A stretch of DNA of 64,000 bases from Gemmatimonadota bacterium (GCA_031372565.1 JANMLN010000192.1:1-64000); one strand, 5' to 3'. Counted from the first letter of the stretch, positions 40,268 to 50,740 are shown. Notes: generated by a model from the letters alone, not told the origin. Numbers and translations are program-made.

Positions 40268-42577
40268 ATGTCGCATCGCCTGTTGTACCGCCGTTCCATC
40301 GTGCGCAGCCTGAACGCCCTCGCGCTCGGGATCGCCGCCGTCCCGCTCGCGCTTCATGCGCAGAACCGCGATGCGACGATGGCGCCCAGCGTCGCACCGG
40401 CACCGCCGCGTACCGCCGCACCGGGTACGTCAGGACCTCGCATCGCCACCGCGACACGTTTTTCCGGCGCGCCGCCTGTCGTTGATGGCAAACTGGACGA
40501 CGCCGCGTGGGCGCAGGCGGCGCCGATCGGCACGTTCGTGCAACGCGAGCCGTTCGAGGGCACGTCCTCGAGCGAACGCACGGAAGTCCGCATCATGACC
40601 GATGGGGAAGCGCTGTATGTGGCGGCGTGGTGCTTCGATCGGAACCCGGGGCTCATCGTGCCGGGGGAGAAGATCCGCGACGGCCTGCTGACCAACTCCG
40701 ACTACTTCGCGATCGTCCTCGATACGTACCACGACAAGCAGAACGGCTTCCTCTTTGCCACGACTCCCGCGGGCATCGAGTACGACGGGCAGATCATTCG
40801 CGAGGGCGAAGGTGGTGGCGTCACCACCGGCACGCAGGGGCGCGCGCAGTCGGGCGCCATGGGCGGGTTCAACCTGAATTGGGACGCGAGCTGGACCGTC
40901 GCCGCCCGGCAGGACTCGGCGGGCTGGTACGCGGAGATGCGCATCCCGTTCAAGACGCTCCGCTATGGCAGCGGCGACGTGCAGACATGGGGCCTCCACC
41001 TCGTCCGCATGATCCGGCGGCACAACGAGGAAGTCTTCTGGGCGCCGGTGGCACGCCAGTTCAACCTCTATCGCCTCTCGCTGGCGGGCGACCTCAGCGG
41101 CGTGTCGGTCCCGCAGCAGCGCATCGCGCAGATCACGCCGTACGCACTCGCCTCGACGCAGCGCGACTATCTCGCGAGCAGCAACTGGAGCCAGCCCACG
41201 GCGTACGGCGCCGATGCCAAGTTCGGCATTACGCCGGCGCTCACCGCCGATCTCACGGTCAATACCGATTTCGCGCAGGTCGAGGTCGACCAGCAACAGG
41301 TCAACCTCACGCGCTTCCCGCTCTTCTTCCCTGAAAAGCGCCCGTTCTTTCTCGAGAACGCAGGGGTCTTCTCGGCGGGCACGCCGCAGGCCGTGGACTT
41401 CTTCTTCACGCGGCGCATCGGCATCGACGGCAGCGGGAATCCCATACCGCTCATCGGCGGTGGGCGCGTCACGGGTCGCATCGGCGAGACGACCGTGGGC
41501 GTATTGCACGCGGCCACCGACCGGACCGCGCTGGTCGATGGACAGACGTACTCCGTCGTGCGTGCGCTCCAGGAGACGGGACGTCGGTCGCGGTTCGGGA
41601 TCATCGGCGTGCGTCGGCAGTCGCGGGACAACGCCGGCAGTCAGAACCACACCGTGGCGCTCGATGGCCGTCTGGGCATGGGTGACGACTGGACCTTCGA
41701 TGCGTGGAGTGCCAAGACGTGGACGCCCAACCGGACGGGCGACGACTATGCCTTCAGCGTGCGCGGCGCTTATGCCACGCGGACCTGGCAGAACTCGCTT
41801 CGTGTCGTGCGGGTCGGGAGCGACTTCAATCCGGAGGTCGGCTTTCTCAACCGGTCGGGCGGCTACAACTACGTCGAGGCGATGATCTTCCGTTCGATCC
41901 GCGACACGTCGTGGACACGCGTCCGCGAGTGGTATCCGCATGTCAGCATCCGCGAGTACTTCACGCCGAACGGGACCTGGCAGAGTGGCTGGATCCACGC
42001 CGACTTCGGCGAAGTCGGGTTCTACAATGGTGGTCGCTTCGGCCCCGAAGTGGACCTCTACCATGAGGGGCTGGTTGCCCCCTTCACCATAGCCCCCGGC
42101 GTCACGCTGCCGGCCGGTTCCTACGATTACGCGCAACTGGCGGTCGATCTCGATACGGACCCGAGCGAACCGCTGTCACTCTCCTTCCGCGGCGACTACG
42201 GCCCGTTCTACAACGGCAACATCGCGGGCAGCGGTGGAACGCTGACCTATCGCTACGGCGCGACGTTCAGCACCTCGGCGAGCCTGACCTACAACCAGGT
42301 GCACCTCGCGCAGGGCGACTTCCAGACGACGCTCGTCGGCACGCGCATCGCGTGGTTCTTCTCGCCGCGCATCTTCCTGCAGTCGCTCATCCAGTACAAC
42401 AACCTGGCGCGCGCCTGGTCGGCGAACATCCGCTTTGCGGCGCTGGAAACGGCGAGCACCGGGTTGTTCGTCGTGTACAACGAGGGGCAGGAGGCCGACG
42501 GCTTCCTGAGCTGGGCTCGGCCGCTGTCGCGGTCGCTCACGGTGAAGTACACGCGGCAGATCGGCTGGGGGCCGTGA
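40268..42577 (+). CDS. DUF5916-type protein (CBM9-like domain plus putative outer-membrane beta-barrel)
   Basis: Signal peptide; VDGKLDDAAW, AEMRIPFKTLRY, VNTDFAQVEVD..QVNLTRF.LFFPEKRPFFLE, FFTRRIG. Confidence 0.87.
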   Translation: MSHRLLYRRSIVRSLNALALGIAAVPLALHAQNRDATMAPSVAPAPPRTAAPGTSGPRIATATRFSGAPPVVDGKLDDAAWAQAAPIGTFVQREPFEGTSSSERTEVRIMTDGEALYVAAWCFDRNPGLIVPGEKIRDGLLTNSDYFAIVLDTYHDKQNGFLFATTPAGIEYDGQIIREGEGGGVTTGTQGRAQSGAMGGFNLNWDASWTVAARQDSAGWYAEMRIPFKTLRYGSGDVQTWGLHLVRMIRRHNEEVFWAPVARQFNLYRLSLAGDLSGVSVPQQRIAQITPYALASTQRDYLASSNWSQPTAYGADAKFGITPALTADLTVNTDFAQVEVDQQQVNLTRFPLFFPEKRPFFLENAGVFSAGTPQAVDFFFTRRIGIDGSGNPIPLIGGGRVTGRIGETTVGVLHAATDRTALVDGQTYSVVRALQETGRRSRFGIIGVRRQSRDNAGSQNHTVALDGRLGMGDDWTFDAWSAKTWTPNRTGDDYAFSVRGAYATRTWQNSLRVVRVGSDFNPEVGFLNRSGGYNYVEAMIFRSIRDTSWTRVREWYPHVSIREYFTPNGTWQSGWIHADFGEVGFYNGGRFGPEVDLYHEGLVAPFTIAPGVTLPAGSYDYAQLAVDLDTDPSEPLSLSFRGDYGPFYNGNIAGSGGTLTYRYGATFSTSASLTYNQVHLAQGDFQTTLVGTRIAWFFSPRIFLQSLIQYNNLARAWSANIRFAALETASTGLFVVYNEGQEADGFLSWARPLSRSLTVKYTRQIGWGP

Positions 42578-42675
42578 TGTCGTCCTGAGCGTTTGTCGTC
42601 CAGAGCGCAGCGTAGGCCCTGCTTGTACGGCCCCCGACGCCACCAGCAGGTCCTTCGCTGCGCTCAGGACGACAA
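42578..42675. repeat. REP-like palindromic repeat copy 4 (tandem 5' unit; contains the fabI stop codon)
   Basis: tgtcgtcctgagcgtt-tgtcgtccagagcgcagcgtaggccctgct...agcaggtccttcgctgcgctcaggacgacaa between convergent genes. Confidence 0.85.
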
Positions 42676-43563
42676 CGCGTTCGCGGGCATCCCCATCGCG
42701 TGATACCCCTTGTCCACGTACACCGTGGACCCCGTGATCCCGCTCGCCAGCGAACTCGAGAGGAACGCGGCCGTTGCGCCGACCTCCATCGCATCGAGCG
42801 CCTGCGGCAGCGGCGAGTTGGCGGCACAGTACGTCACCATCTTCTCGATGATCCCGATCGCGCTCGCCGCGCGCGATGCATACGGGCCCGCCGAGATCGT
42901 GTTCACGCGCGCGCCGAACTTGCGCCCCGCCTCGAACGCGAGCAGGCGCGTGTCGCTCTCGAGCGCTGCCTTCGCACTCGACATGCCACCGCCGTACCCC
43001 GGGATCACGCGCTCGCTCGCCATGTAGGTGAGCGACAGCACCGACGCATTGGGCCGAAGCAGCGGCCCCAAGGCCTGCACCAGCGCCACGAGCGAATAGG
43101 CGCTCACCCCGACCGCGCTCAGGTACCCGTTGCGGCTCACCTCGAGCAACGGCTTCTTGACCTCGCTGCCATTCGCCAGCGAATGCACGACGATGTCGAG
43201 CGGCTGCTCGCCGAAGTCGGCCACCAATTGCGCGCGGAGCCCCGCGATCGAGAAGTCACCGGTGTCCTTGTAGCGCTTGTTGGCCCGGATCTCCTCGGGC
43301 GCCGCGTCCAGCGTGTCAAACGCCGCGTCGAGCGGATAGATCTTCTCGAACTGGAGCAGCGAGCCGTCGGGCAACTTGCGAGACTCGTCCATCTTCCCGC
43401 GCTCGATCAAGTTGAGGAAGATGTTGAGCGCGGGCGGCCAGGTCCCCACGCACACCGTGGCACCCGCCATGGCCAGGCTCTTCGCGATCGCGAAACCGAA
43501 TCCGTGGTCGTCGGCCACGCCGGCAACGAATGCGCGGCGGCCAGTCAAGTCGATATTCAGCAT
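42664..43563 (-). CDS. fabI: Enoyl-ACP reductase, plastid/Chlamydia-type FabI
   Basis: AFVAGVADDHGFGFAIAK, VGTWPP, IYPLDAAFD, HSLANGSEV, PGYGGGMSSAKAALESDT, ISAGPYASRAA. Confidence 0.93.
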   Translation of the reverse strand: MLNIDLTGRRAFVAGVADDHGFGFAIAKSLAMAGATVCVGTWPPALNIFLNLIERGKMDESRKLPDGSLLQFEKIYPLDAAFDTLDAAPEEIRANKRYKDTGDFSIAGLRAQLVADFGEQPLDIVVHSLANGSEVKKPLLEVSRNGYLSAVGVSAYSLVALVQALGPLLRPNASVLSLTYMASERVIPGYGGGMSSAKAALESDTRLLAFEAGRKFGARVNTISAGPYASRAASAIGIIEKMVTYCAANSPLPQALDAMEVGATAAFLSSSLASGITGSTVYVDKGYHAMGMPANALSS

Positions 43564-43590
43564 GAGCGAAATCAAGCGTCTGACGCAGGG

Positions 43591-43625
43591 AAGAAAAGGG
43601 GGCGGCACCCCGTGGCGCCGCCCCC
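43591..43625 (-). terminator. Intrinsic terminator-like hairpin after the M16 peptidase pair
   Basis: Minus strand gggggcggcgcc-acgg-ggtgccgccccc followed by TTTTCTT. Confidence 0.65.
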
Positions 43626-43683
43626 CCTGGTACCCTGCGCACCGGCCGTCGTTCACCACGGCTCGGCGCGCCAGCGCCCGTGA

Positions 43684-45078
43684 CTACGGCACCGTGCCGA
43701 GCACCTGCTTGAGCTGCTCGTCAATCACCTTCCGGTCGCCCACGACCACCACCGACATCTTCTCCGGCGACAGGTACTGCTGCATCGTCCGCTGGATGTC
43801 GGCCGGGGTCACGCCAAACACCTGTGTCACGAAGGTGCCGAGGAAGTCCTCGCCGAGGTTGTAGGTATCGACGTTCGCGAACTGCGCCGTGATGCCGCCG
43901 CGCGAACCGTTCTGCAACACGAAGGTGCCCGCGAGGCCGCGCTGGATCCGTTCCAACTCCTCCTTGGGCGGGGCCTCGTTGCGCAGCTTCTCGACTTCCT
44001 TGAAAATCTCGGTGATCGAGGGCCCCGTCACGTTGGTCGTCACGTCCGCGATTTCCACCCACGTCGCCACCTTGTTCCGCGTGCTGATCGTGCTGAATGG
44101 CGAGTAGGTGTATCCCTTGTTCTCGCGGATGTTGGCCGTGATGCGAGACCCGAACGAACCGCCGAGGATCGCATCGGTGACCGCGAGCCGCACATGGTCC
44201 GGATGTGACTGGTCCGCCACGGGCAGTCCCAGGTACAGGGTGCTCTGCACCGCGGAAGGGCGGTCGATGACCGCGACCTGCCGCTCCTTGGGCATGGTGA
44301 CCGGCTTGACCGACGGCGCCGGACCGGCCGCCCAGTCGCTGAATGCGGCGCGCGCCGCCTTCTCGGCGGCCGCGGCATCGAAGACACCGACGACGTACAG
44401 ATGCGCGCGGGCTGCGCCGACGTTCGCAGCGTAAAACGCCTTGATCTGCTCCGTGGTATATCCCTTGAGCTGGTCATCCGTCGGCAGGCCGCGGCCGTAC
44501 GGATGATCGCCATACATCATCTGGTTGAACCTGGTGCTGGCCTGCGTGCCTGGCTGGGTGCGGGCGATCGCCAAGTTGCGAAGTCGCGAGGTCTTGAGAC
44601 GGGCCAGCTCGCTTTCGGGGAAGCGCGGCTGCCGCGCCACCTCGGCCACGAGCGTCACCAGATCAGCGGCGTATGCGCTGAGCACATCGGCGCCGATGGA
44701 CGATTGGTCGCTCCCCATGCCGATGCCGAGCGCGCCGCCCATGCCCGCCATGGTCTGCGCAATGGCGCGGGAGTCCTTGGTCACGGTACCCTCGTTCCAG
44801 AGGTCACCCATGAGTCCGGTGAGATTGAGCTGCTCGGCCGACTCATCGATCGAGCCGGTGCGCAGGATGAGCCGCACCGTGACCTTGGGGGTGATGCCGA
44901 ACGGGACCATCGAGATCTTCATCCCGTTGGCGAGCGTGATCGTCTTGCGCTTGGGCAGGTTGAACGGCTTCGGCTTGCCCGGGACGGGCGGCGTGCTCGG
45001 GAACTGCGCAACCGCCGGGGCGGTCGCGAGCGTCAACAGCGCAGCGGCCGCGGCCGCGCGCACATGCATGCGGCGCAT
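43684..45078 (-). CDS. M16 (pitrilysin) family peptidase, non-catalytic subunit
   Basis: Signal peptide; TLANGM, GGSFGSRITANIRENKGYTY; no HxxEH motif. Confidence 0.88.
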   Translation of the reverse strand: MRRMHVRAAAAAALLTLATAPAVAQFPSTPPVPGKPKPFNLPKRKTITLANGMKISMVPFGITPKVTVRLILRTGSIDESAEQLNLTGLMGDLWNEGTVTKDSRAIAQTMAGMGGALGIGMGSDQSSIGADVLSAYAADLVTLVAEVARQPRFPESELARLKTSRLRNLAIARTQPGTQASTRFNQMMYGDHPYGRGLPTDDQLKGYTTEQIKAFYAANVGAARAHLYVVGVFDAAAAEKAARAAFSDWAAGPAPSVKPVTMPKERQVAVIDRPSAVQSTLYLGLPVADQSHPDHVRLAVTDAILGGSFGSRITANIRENKGYTYSPFSTISTRNKVATWVEIADVTTNVTGPSITEIFKEVEKLRNEAPPKEELERIQRGLAGTFVLQNGSRGGITAQFANVDTYNLGEDFLGTFVTQVFGVTPADIQRTMQQYLSPEKMSVVVVGDRKVIDEQLKQVLGTVP

Positions 45079-45080
45079 GG

Positions 45081-46496
45081 TCAGTTGCCTCCGGTGGCGG
45101 CCGGCTTGGGCGCCGGGACGAGGGTGAGGATCGAACGATTGGTGCGGCGAAGCCATTCCTGGGCCGCCTTGCGGATCAGCTCCGGCGTCACGGCATCCAT
45201 CCCCTTCTCGATCTCGTTGATGCGCGCGGGGTTGTCATCGAAGAGCGCGAGCGACGCGAGGATGTCGGCCTTGCCGAAGCCGTTGAGGTTCTCGATGTAG
45301 CTGTAGAAGCCTGAGCGCCAACGCGTGCGGGCACGCTCGAGCGTGGGAGCGTCCACGAGATCGGTGCGCAGCTTCTCGATCTCGACGTCCATCGCGGCGA
45401 GGATCGTGTCGGGGCTCGTCCTGGCGTCGTGGAAGAGGTTGATCGTGTAGAGCATGGGGCCCGCGTAGTTCCACTGGTTGCCGAGTCCGGGGTTGATGCC
45501 CGCGCTGACGCCACCGGTGTACCCCTTCGTGCGCACGAGCGCATCGTAAAGGCGCGAGTCGCGTCCTTGTGCGAGCAGCTGGTCGACGAGCCCGAACGCG
45601 AACCACTCGGGGGTCCAGCGCGGCGGCACGTGCCACGCCACGGCGAGCGCGGGGCGCGGGGCCAGCTTGTCTTCCTTGGTGGCGCGCTTTTCCATCTCCT
45701 GACGCGGCTCGGACAGGTCTTCACGCGGCGGCTGCGGCTGCGACGCGATGTCGCCGAACAGCTTCTCGACCATCGCCTTCACCTGCCTCACGTCCACGTC
45801 GCCCGCAACCACGAGCGAGGCGTTGTTGGGCGCGTAGAAGGTGGTGAAGAACTGCTGCACGTCGGCCAGCGTCGCGGCATCGAGCTCGGCGAGGTCGCCG
45901 TAGAAGTTGTGCGCGTTGTGCCAGTTGGTGTTGGCCAGCTGCGGCATGTCGAGCCACGGAAAGCCGCCGTACGGCTGGTTGAGCACGTTCACCTTCACCT
46001 CGTTCTTCACCACGCCCTGCTGGTTGACGAGGTTCTCCTGCGTGATGGCGAGGCCGCGCATCCGGTCGGCTTCGGCCCAGAGCGCCGTCTCGAGCGCGTT
46101 GGCCGGCACGACCTCGAAGTAGTTGGTGTAGTCGAAGCGCGTCGAACCGTTGAGGATCCCGCCCGACCCTTCGATGAGCTTGATGAACTGCATCTTGCCG
46201 AGGTTCTTCGAACCCTGAAACATCATGTGCTCGAAGAGGTGCGCGAAGCCGGTGCGCCCCTTCGGTTCGACGCGGAAGCCGACGCCGTAGTACACAGCCA
46301 CGGCCGCGGTCGGCACCGACTTGTCGGGTGCGACGACCACGCGGAGTCCGTTCTTGAGGTGCCAGTAGGTGACAGGGATCTGGAGCCGCGGCGTGGCGGC
46401 GGGCGCCTTGGCCGGCTTCTGTGCCGAGACGGCGGCTGGCAGCAGCGCCAGTGCCGCGGCGAGCAGCGCCCGGGAGGGGGCGGAGAGACGGGGCAT
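45081..46496 (-). CDS. M16 (pitrilysin) family zinc peptidase, catalytic subunit
   Basis: Signal peptide; LKNGLRV, GRTGFAHLFEHMMFQGS (HxxEH), NGST..DYTNYFE, EADRM. Confidence 0.92.
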   Translation of the reverse strand: MPRLSAPSRALLAAALALLPAAVSAQKPAKAPAATPRLQIPVTYWHLKNGLRVVVAPDKSVPTAAVAVYYGVGFRVEPKGRTGFAHLFEHMMFQGSKNLGKMQFIKLIEGSGGILNGSTRFDYTNYFEVVPANALETALWAEADRMRGLAITQENLVNQQGVVKNEVKVNVLNQPYGGFPWLDMPQLANTNWHNAHNFYGDLAELDAATLADVQQFFTTFYAPNNASLVVAGDVDVRQVKAMVEKLFGDIASQPQPPREDLSEPRQEMEKRATKEDKLAPRPALAVAWHVPPRWTPEWFAFGLVDQLLAQGRDSRLYDALVRTKGYTGGVSAGINPGLGNQWNYAGPMLYTINLFHDARTSPDTILAAMDVEIEKLRTDLVDAPTLERARTRWRSGFYSYIENLNGFGKADILASLALFDDNPARINEIEKGMDAVTPELIRKAAQEWLRRTNRSILTLVPAPKPAATGGN

Positions 46497-46623
46497 GTCG
46501 GTCACGCTGAGAATGGGGTCAGGGGGTCGCGGGGGCGGGTCGCGCAGTATCGGACGTGCAGGGACGGTACCAACACGAGAATGACGGATCAAGCGACGTG
46601 CGGGTTTCGACGTGCGGGCGCCC

Positions 46624-47604
46624 CTACTCCGGCGTCGCCGCGCGCATCAGCCGATCACGCACCGCCGCCCATGCGTCGCCCTCAGGCGGGTTCTCCACGA
46701 ATACGGTCGTGCAGCCAGCGTCATCAACCGCGTGGAGTGCGGCGTACAACTCGCGCGCGTACGACTCCGGATCGGCCGGCATCACGCGCGCCAACGTGGC
46801 ATCCGGCGCCGTGGCGCTGAGCAGGAGCGCCGCCCACGGCCCATCGGGTGCCGCGGGGAGGACTCCGCTGAACCGCACCACCGTCGCGCGCGGCGCGTAG
46901 TGGCGCGCCATCATCCCCGGCGACAGGCGCGCCTCCCCCTCGGCCACGCGTGCATCGCGCACATCGACGCGACCCAGCGCGGCACGCAATGCGTGTACGC
47001 TCACCCCGCCTGGGCGCAGCACGATCGGTACCGGCCCCGTCAGATCGAGCACGGTGCTCTCGAGTCCGACATGGCTCGGGCCGCCGTCGAGAATGAGGCC
47101 GACCTGATCGCCCATCCCCTTGGCCACGTGCTGCGCCGTGGTGGGCGAGAGTTCGTTCGAGCGATTCGCGCTCGGTGCCGCGATCGGTCGTGCCGCGGCC
47201 GCAATCAGTGCGCGTGCCACGGGGTGTGCCGGCAACCGGATGGCGACGCCATCCATCCCCGCCGTCACCACATCGGGCACGTGCGCTGCCTTGGGCAGCA
47301 CGAGCGTGAGCGGACCCGGCCACCAGATGGCAGCGCAGCGACTCGCGACCTCCGGCCACTCGCGAACGAGCGCGCGCGCTTCGGCTTCGGCGTTCACGTG
47401 CACGATCACCGGGTTGGTACTGGGTCGCCCCTTGGCCGCGAAGATGCCACGCACCGCCTCGGCATCGAGGGCGTTGGCACCGAGTCCGTAGACCGTCTCG
47501 GTCGGAAATGCGACCACACCGCCGGCGCGAATGATGGCAGCGGCCTCGTCGATGGCAGGCCCTGCAGGCGACGACGGATTGACGACGCGGATCCGGGCAC
47601 TCAT
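46624..47604 (-). CDS. sua5: L-threonylcarbamoyladenylate synthase (Sua5/TsaC with SUA5 domain)
   Basis: VAFPTETVYGLGA, AKGRPSTNP, WPGPLT, AAPSANRS, GLESTV, SPGMMARHYAP. Confidence 0.95.
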   Translation of the reverse strand: MSARIRVVNPSSPAGPAIDEAAAIIRAGGVVAFPTETVYGLGANALDAEAVRGIFAAKGRPSTNPVIVHVNAEAEARALVREWPEVASRCAAIWWPGPLTLVLPKAAHVPDVVTAGMDGVAIRLPAHPVARALIAAAARPIAAPSANRSNELSPTTAQHVAKGMGDQVGLILDGGPSHVGLESTVLDLTGPVPIVLRPGGVSVHALRAALGRVDVRDARVAEGEARLSPGMMARHYAPRATVVRFSGVLPAAPDGPWAALLLSATAPDATLARVMPADPESYARELYAALHAVDDAGCTTVFVENPPEGDAWAAVRDRLMRAATPE

Positions 47605-47614
47605 GGCAGGCGTC

Positions 47615-50600
47615 TCAGTCGTGCGAGGGATCAGGTACGCCGACGTCGATGGGCGACCCCTCGTCGGTCCCGAAGAGGTCCAGGTCGCGGCCGATCTCGC
47701 CAACGCGTTCCACGCGAACGATTGTCCGAACGGAACGCGCCCCCACCTGGATGACGACGACATACTCGCCCGGATCGACGTTGCGCTGCGGACGCGAACC
47801 GAAGTTGAAGCTGACGATCGTGCTCGTCGGCTCGGTCGATCGTGCGGGCGGCGTCCGCCCGGCCGCACGCTCGGCGCTATCACGGGCCGCGAGCGCCTTG
47901 GCCGAGTCACGGGCCGCATCGCGGCGGCGCGCGGCGACGATCGAGTCGCGCTGCTGCGACGGCGAGAGCGGCGCGAGATTGGTGCGCAGGTCCCAGACCG
48001 CACGGTGTACGCCGGGCCGCAACGGACCGGTGAAGGTCCGCACGGTGTCACCGCGCAACGTGAGGATCGTGATCTTCGCGGCTGCGATGGTGCCGGCAGG
48101 AACTGGAGCGACTACGCTGTCGGGCGCACCGACGCGGTACCAGATGAACGCGCCATACGGCGCCTGCGGCGTGCGGAAGGGCCGGTCTCCGATATAGGCC
48201 TGCTCGAAGCGTGAGGCGTACTGGAAGGCGGTCCGCGGCTTGAAGGCAAAGAGCTTGGTGGCCTGGACGCTGTCCGCCAACTGCTCGAGCGGCGCAATAT
48301 CGGCAATCCAGATCGAGCGACCGTGTGTGGCGGCAATCAGTTCGCGGTCGCGCGGATGAATGCGCAGGTCGTGAATCGGCACCGTGGGGAGCGCCGAGTT
48401 GAAGGGGCGCCAGTGCAGCCCCCGATCGACGGAGACGTACGGCGCGACATCGGTGCCCACGAACAGCAGGTGGCGGTTGTTCGGGTCTTCGCGCACGACA
48501 TGCACGAACGCGGCGCCCGTGCGCGGCAAGTCACTCGCAATCGACCGGAAGGTGCGCGCCCCGTCGTCCGAGGCGTACACATGCGGCGCGTAGTCGCCAC
48601 TGCGGTGCCCGTCAAAGGTGATGTACACCGTGGCGGTATCGAAGCGTGACGGTTCCACGCGACTGACCCAGGTGCCCGCCGGCAGGCCGGGAAAGCGCGC
48701 GCTCAGGTCGGTCCATGTGGCACCATCGTCGCGCGTCATCCACACCTTGCCGTCGTCAGTCCCGGCATAGAGCCACCCCGCACGCACCGGTGACTCGGCC
48801 AGCGTCGTGACCGTGCCGTGGGTCTCGGCGCCGGTGTTGTCCGCCGTGACGCCGCCGGTCGCGAACTGGGAGACGCGCACTTTCATCGTGTCGCCGCTCG
48901 ACAGGTCGGGCGAGATGATGCGCCAGTCGTCGCCGCGGTTGAGGGACTTGATGACCTTGTGGCCCGCGGCGTACACCACCTTCGGGTTGAACGACGACAG
49001 GAAGAACGGCGTCGACCAGTTGAAGCGCAGCTCGGCCGTGGAGTCGGCCCGCATGCGCGTGGCGATCCGGTCGAGCGCGGCGCGCATGGCCGGCGTCTCG
49101 GGCACGGTCGTATCGCCGCGGATGACCACGAGCGAATCCTGCCACGAACGCATGCCGCGATCGAGGGTCGAGCGACGAATCGTCTTGCTGAACCCCGTGG
49201 CGAGATCGAGCCGGTTGATGATCCCGCCCTGCGACTCGGCATAGATCACCGTCGGTTCATCGGGGTCCTGCGCCGTGTAGAAGCCGTCGCCGCCGCCCAC
49301 ATTGCTCCAGTCGCTGTTCTGCAGCGTGCGATTGCTGCGCAGGCGACTCGGTCCGCACCAGGAGCCGTTATCCTGCAGCCCTCCGCACACCCAATACGGC
49401 TTGCGGTAGTCGAAGCTCACGGCGTAGAACTGTCCGGCCGCCACGTTGTCGACAAAGTCGAAGGTGGCGCTGCGATCGCGGCTCACCGCAATGCCGCCAT
49501 CGCCGGCGATCATGAGATGCTCGGGGTCCGCGGGATTGATCCACATGGCGTGCCAATCCGTGTGAATGCTCCCGGCCGCGGGCCGCGGCGTCTTGCCGCC
49601 GTCGTCGGACACGCGGAAAGTCGAGCTCATCCAGTACACGCGATCCGGATTCTTCGGATCGACGCGCACCTGCGAGTAATAGAAGGGGCGTGCATCACCC
49701 AAGTAGCGGAACATCAGTGTCCAAGTCGCGCCGCCATCCGTGGTGCGATACAGTCCGCTCGGCGACTTGGCGCGCTTCGTACTGTCGGGCTTCTCGCCCG
49801 GAGCGAGCGCGCGCGGCGCCGTATCGGCCTCGACCATCGCATACACGACCTTCGGGTTCGACGCCGCAATGGCGAGTCCGATGCGTCCCTTGGTGGTTTC
49901 AGGGAAGCCGCCCCCCGTCACTTCGCTCCACGTGGTGCCGCCATCGGTGGTGCGCCAGAGCGCCGAACCCGGGCCACCGGAGTTGAGAAACCATGGACCA
50001 CGTACGCGCTCCCAGCTTGCGGCCCAGAGCACGTTCGGGTTGGTGGGATCGATGGCGACATCGACGAAGCCCGCCTTGTCCGACACGAACTTGCTCCGCG
50101 TCCACGACTTGCCGCCGTCGACCGTCTTGTACAGGCCGCGATCGGCGTTCGCATTCCATGTGGCGCCCACCGCCGCGACCCACGCGATCTCGGGGTTGGT
50201 CGGATGGATCACGATCCGGCCAATGGACTGCGTGGCCTCGAGACCCGATCGGGCCCACGTGGCGCCCCCGTCGACGGACTTGTAGACGCCGCCCCCGGGT
50301 GAAATCGAGTTGCGGGCGTCCTCTTCGCCGGTCCCGGCGTACAGCACGTTCGGATCGGACGGGGCGACCGCCAGCGCACCCATCGAGATGACCGCTTCGC
50401 GTTCGAACTGCGGCGTGAAGGTCGTGCCACCGTTGACGGTGCGCCAAATGCCGCCGGTGGCATACGCCACCCAGAACACGCGCGGATCGCGGCTGCTGAC
50501 CGCCAGGTCGGTGACACGACCGGCCATGTTGGCCGGACCGATCGATCGCCAACGCAGGGCGCCGAGAAGGGCCGTATCGGGGGCGGTGGTCATCTGGGCC

Positions 50601-50662
50601 CGCGCGGGGGCGGCAAGCACGAGTGCCAGCGACGCGGCGCGGGCAAGAGAGCGGAGGCGCAT
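47615..50662 (-). CDS. VPS10/sortilin-like BNR-repeat protein, second copy
   Basis: Signal peptide ending ARA-Q; WRSIGPANMAGRV, repeated Asp-boxes, GGLQDNGSW, GGDGF, RFNWSTP, ATHGRSIWI. Confidence 0.9.
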   Translation of the reverse strand: MRLRSLARAASLALVLAAPARAQMTTAPDTALLGALRWRSIGPANMAGRVTDLAVSSRDPRVFWVAYATGGIWRTVNGGTTFTPQFEREAVISMGALAVAPSDPNVLYAGTGEEDARNSISPGGGVYKSVDGGATWARSGLEATQSIGRIVIHPTNPEIAWVAAVGATWNANADRGLYKTVDGGKSWTRSKFVSDKAGFVDVAIDPTNPNVLWAASWERVRGPWFLNSGGPGSALWRTTDGGTTWSEVTGGGFPETTKGRIGLAIAASNPKVVYAMVEADTAPRALAPGEKPDSTKRAKSPSGLYRTTDGGATWTLMFRYLGDARPFYYSQVRVDPKNPDRVYWMSSTFRVSDDGGKTPRPAAGSIHTDWHAMWINPADPEHLMIAGDGGIAVSRDRSATFDFVDNVAAGQFYAVSFDYRKPYWVCGGLQDNGSWCGPSRLRSNRTLQNSDWSNVGGGDGFYTAQDPDEPTVIYAESQGGIINRLDLATGFSKTIRRSTLDRGMRSWQDSLVVIRGDTTVPETPAMRAALDRIATRMRADSTAELRFNWSTPFFLSSFNPKVVYAAGHKVIKSLNRGDDWRIISPDLSSGDTMKVRVSQFATGGVTADNTGAETHGTVTTLAESPVRAGWLYAGTDDGKVWMTRDDGATWTDLSARFPGLPAGTWVSRVEPSRFDTATVYITFDGHRSGDYAPHVYASDDGARTFRSIASDLPRTGAAFVHVVREDPNNRHLLFVGTDVAPYVSVDRGLHWRPFNSALPTVPIHDLRIHPRDRELIAATHGRSIWIADIAPLEQLADSVQATKLFAFKPRTAFQYASRFEQAYIGDRPFRTPQAPYGAFIWYRVGAPDSVVAPVPAGTIAAAKITILTLRGDTVRTFTGPLRPGVHRAVWDLRTNLAPLSPSQQRDSIVAARRRDAARDSAKALAARDSAERAAGRTPPARSTEPTSTIVSFNFGSRPQRNVDPGEYVVVIQVGARSVRTIVRVERVGEIGRDLDLFGTDEGSPIDVGVPDPSHD

Positions 50663-50740
50663 GAAGCTGGACGAGAGGGTCGGGCGAGCGGATCGACGAA
50701 CGTGGGTCATCCTACGCACTGCACACGAACTAGGCATGCA

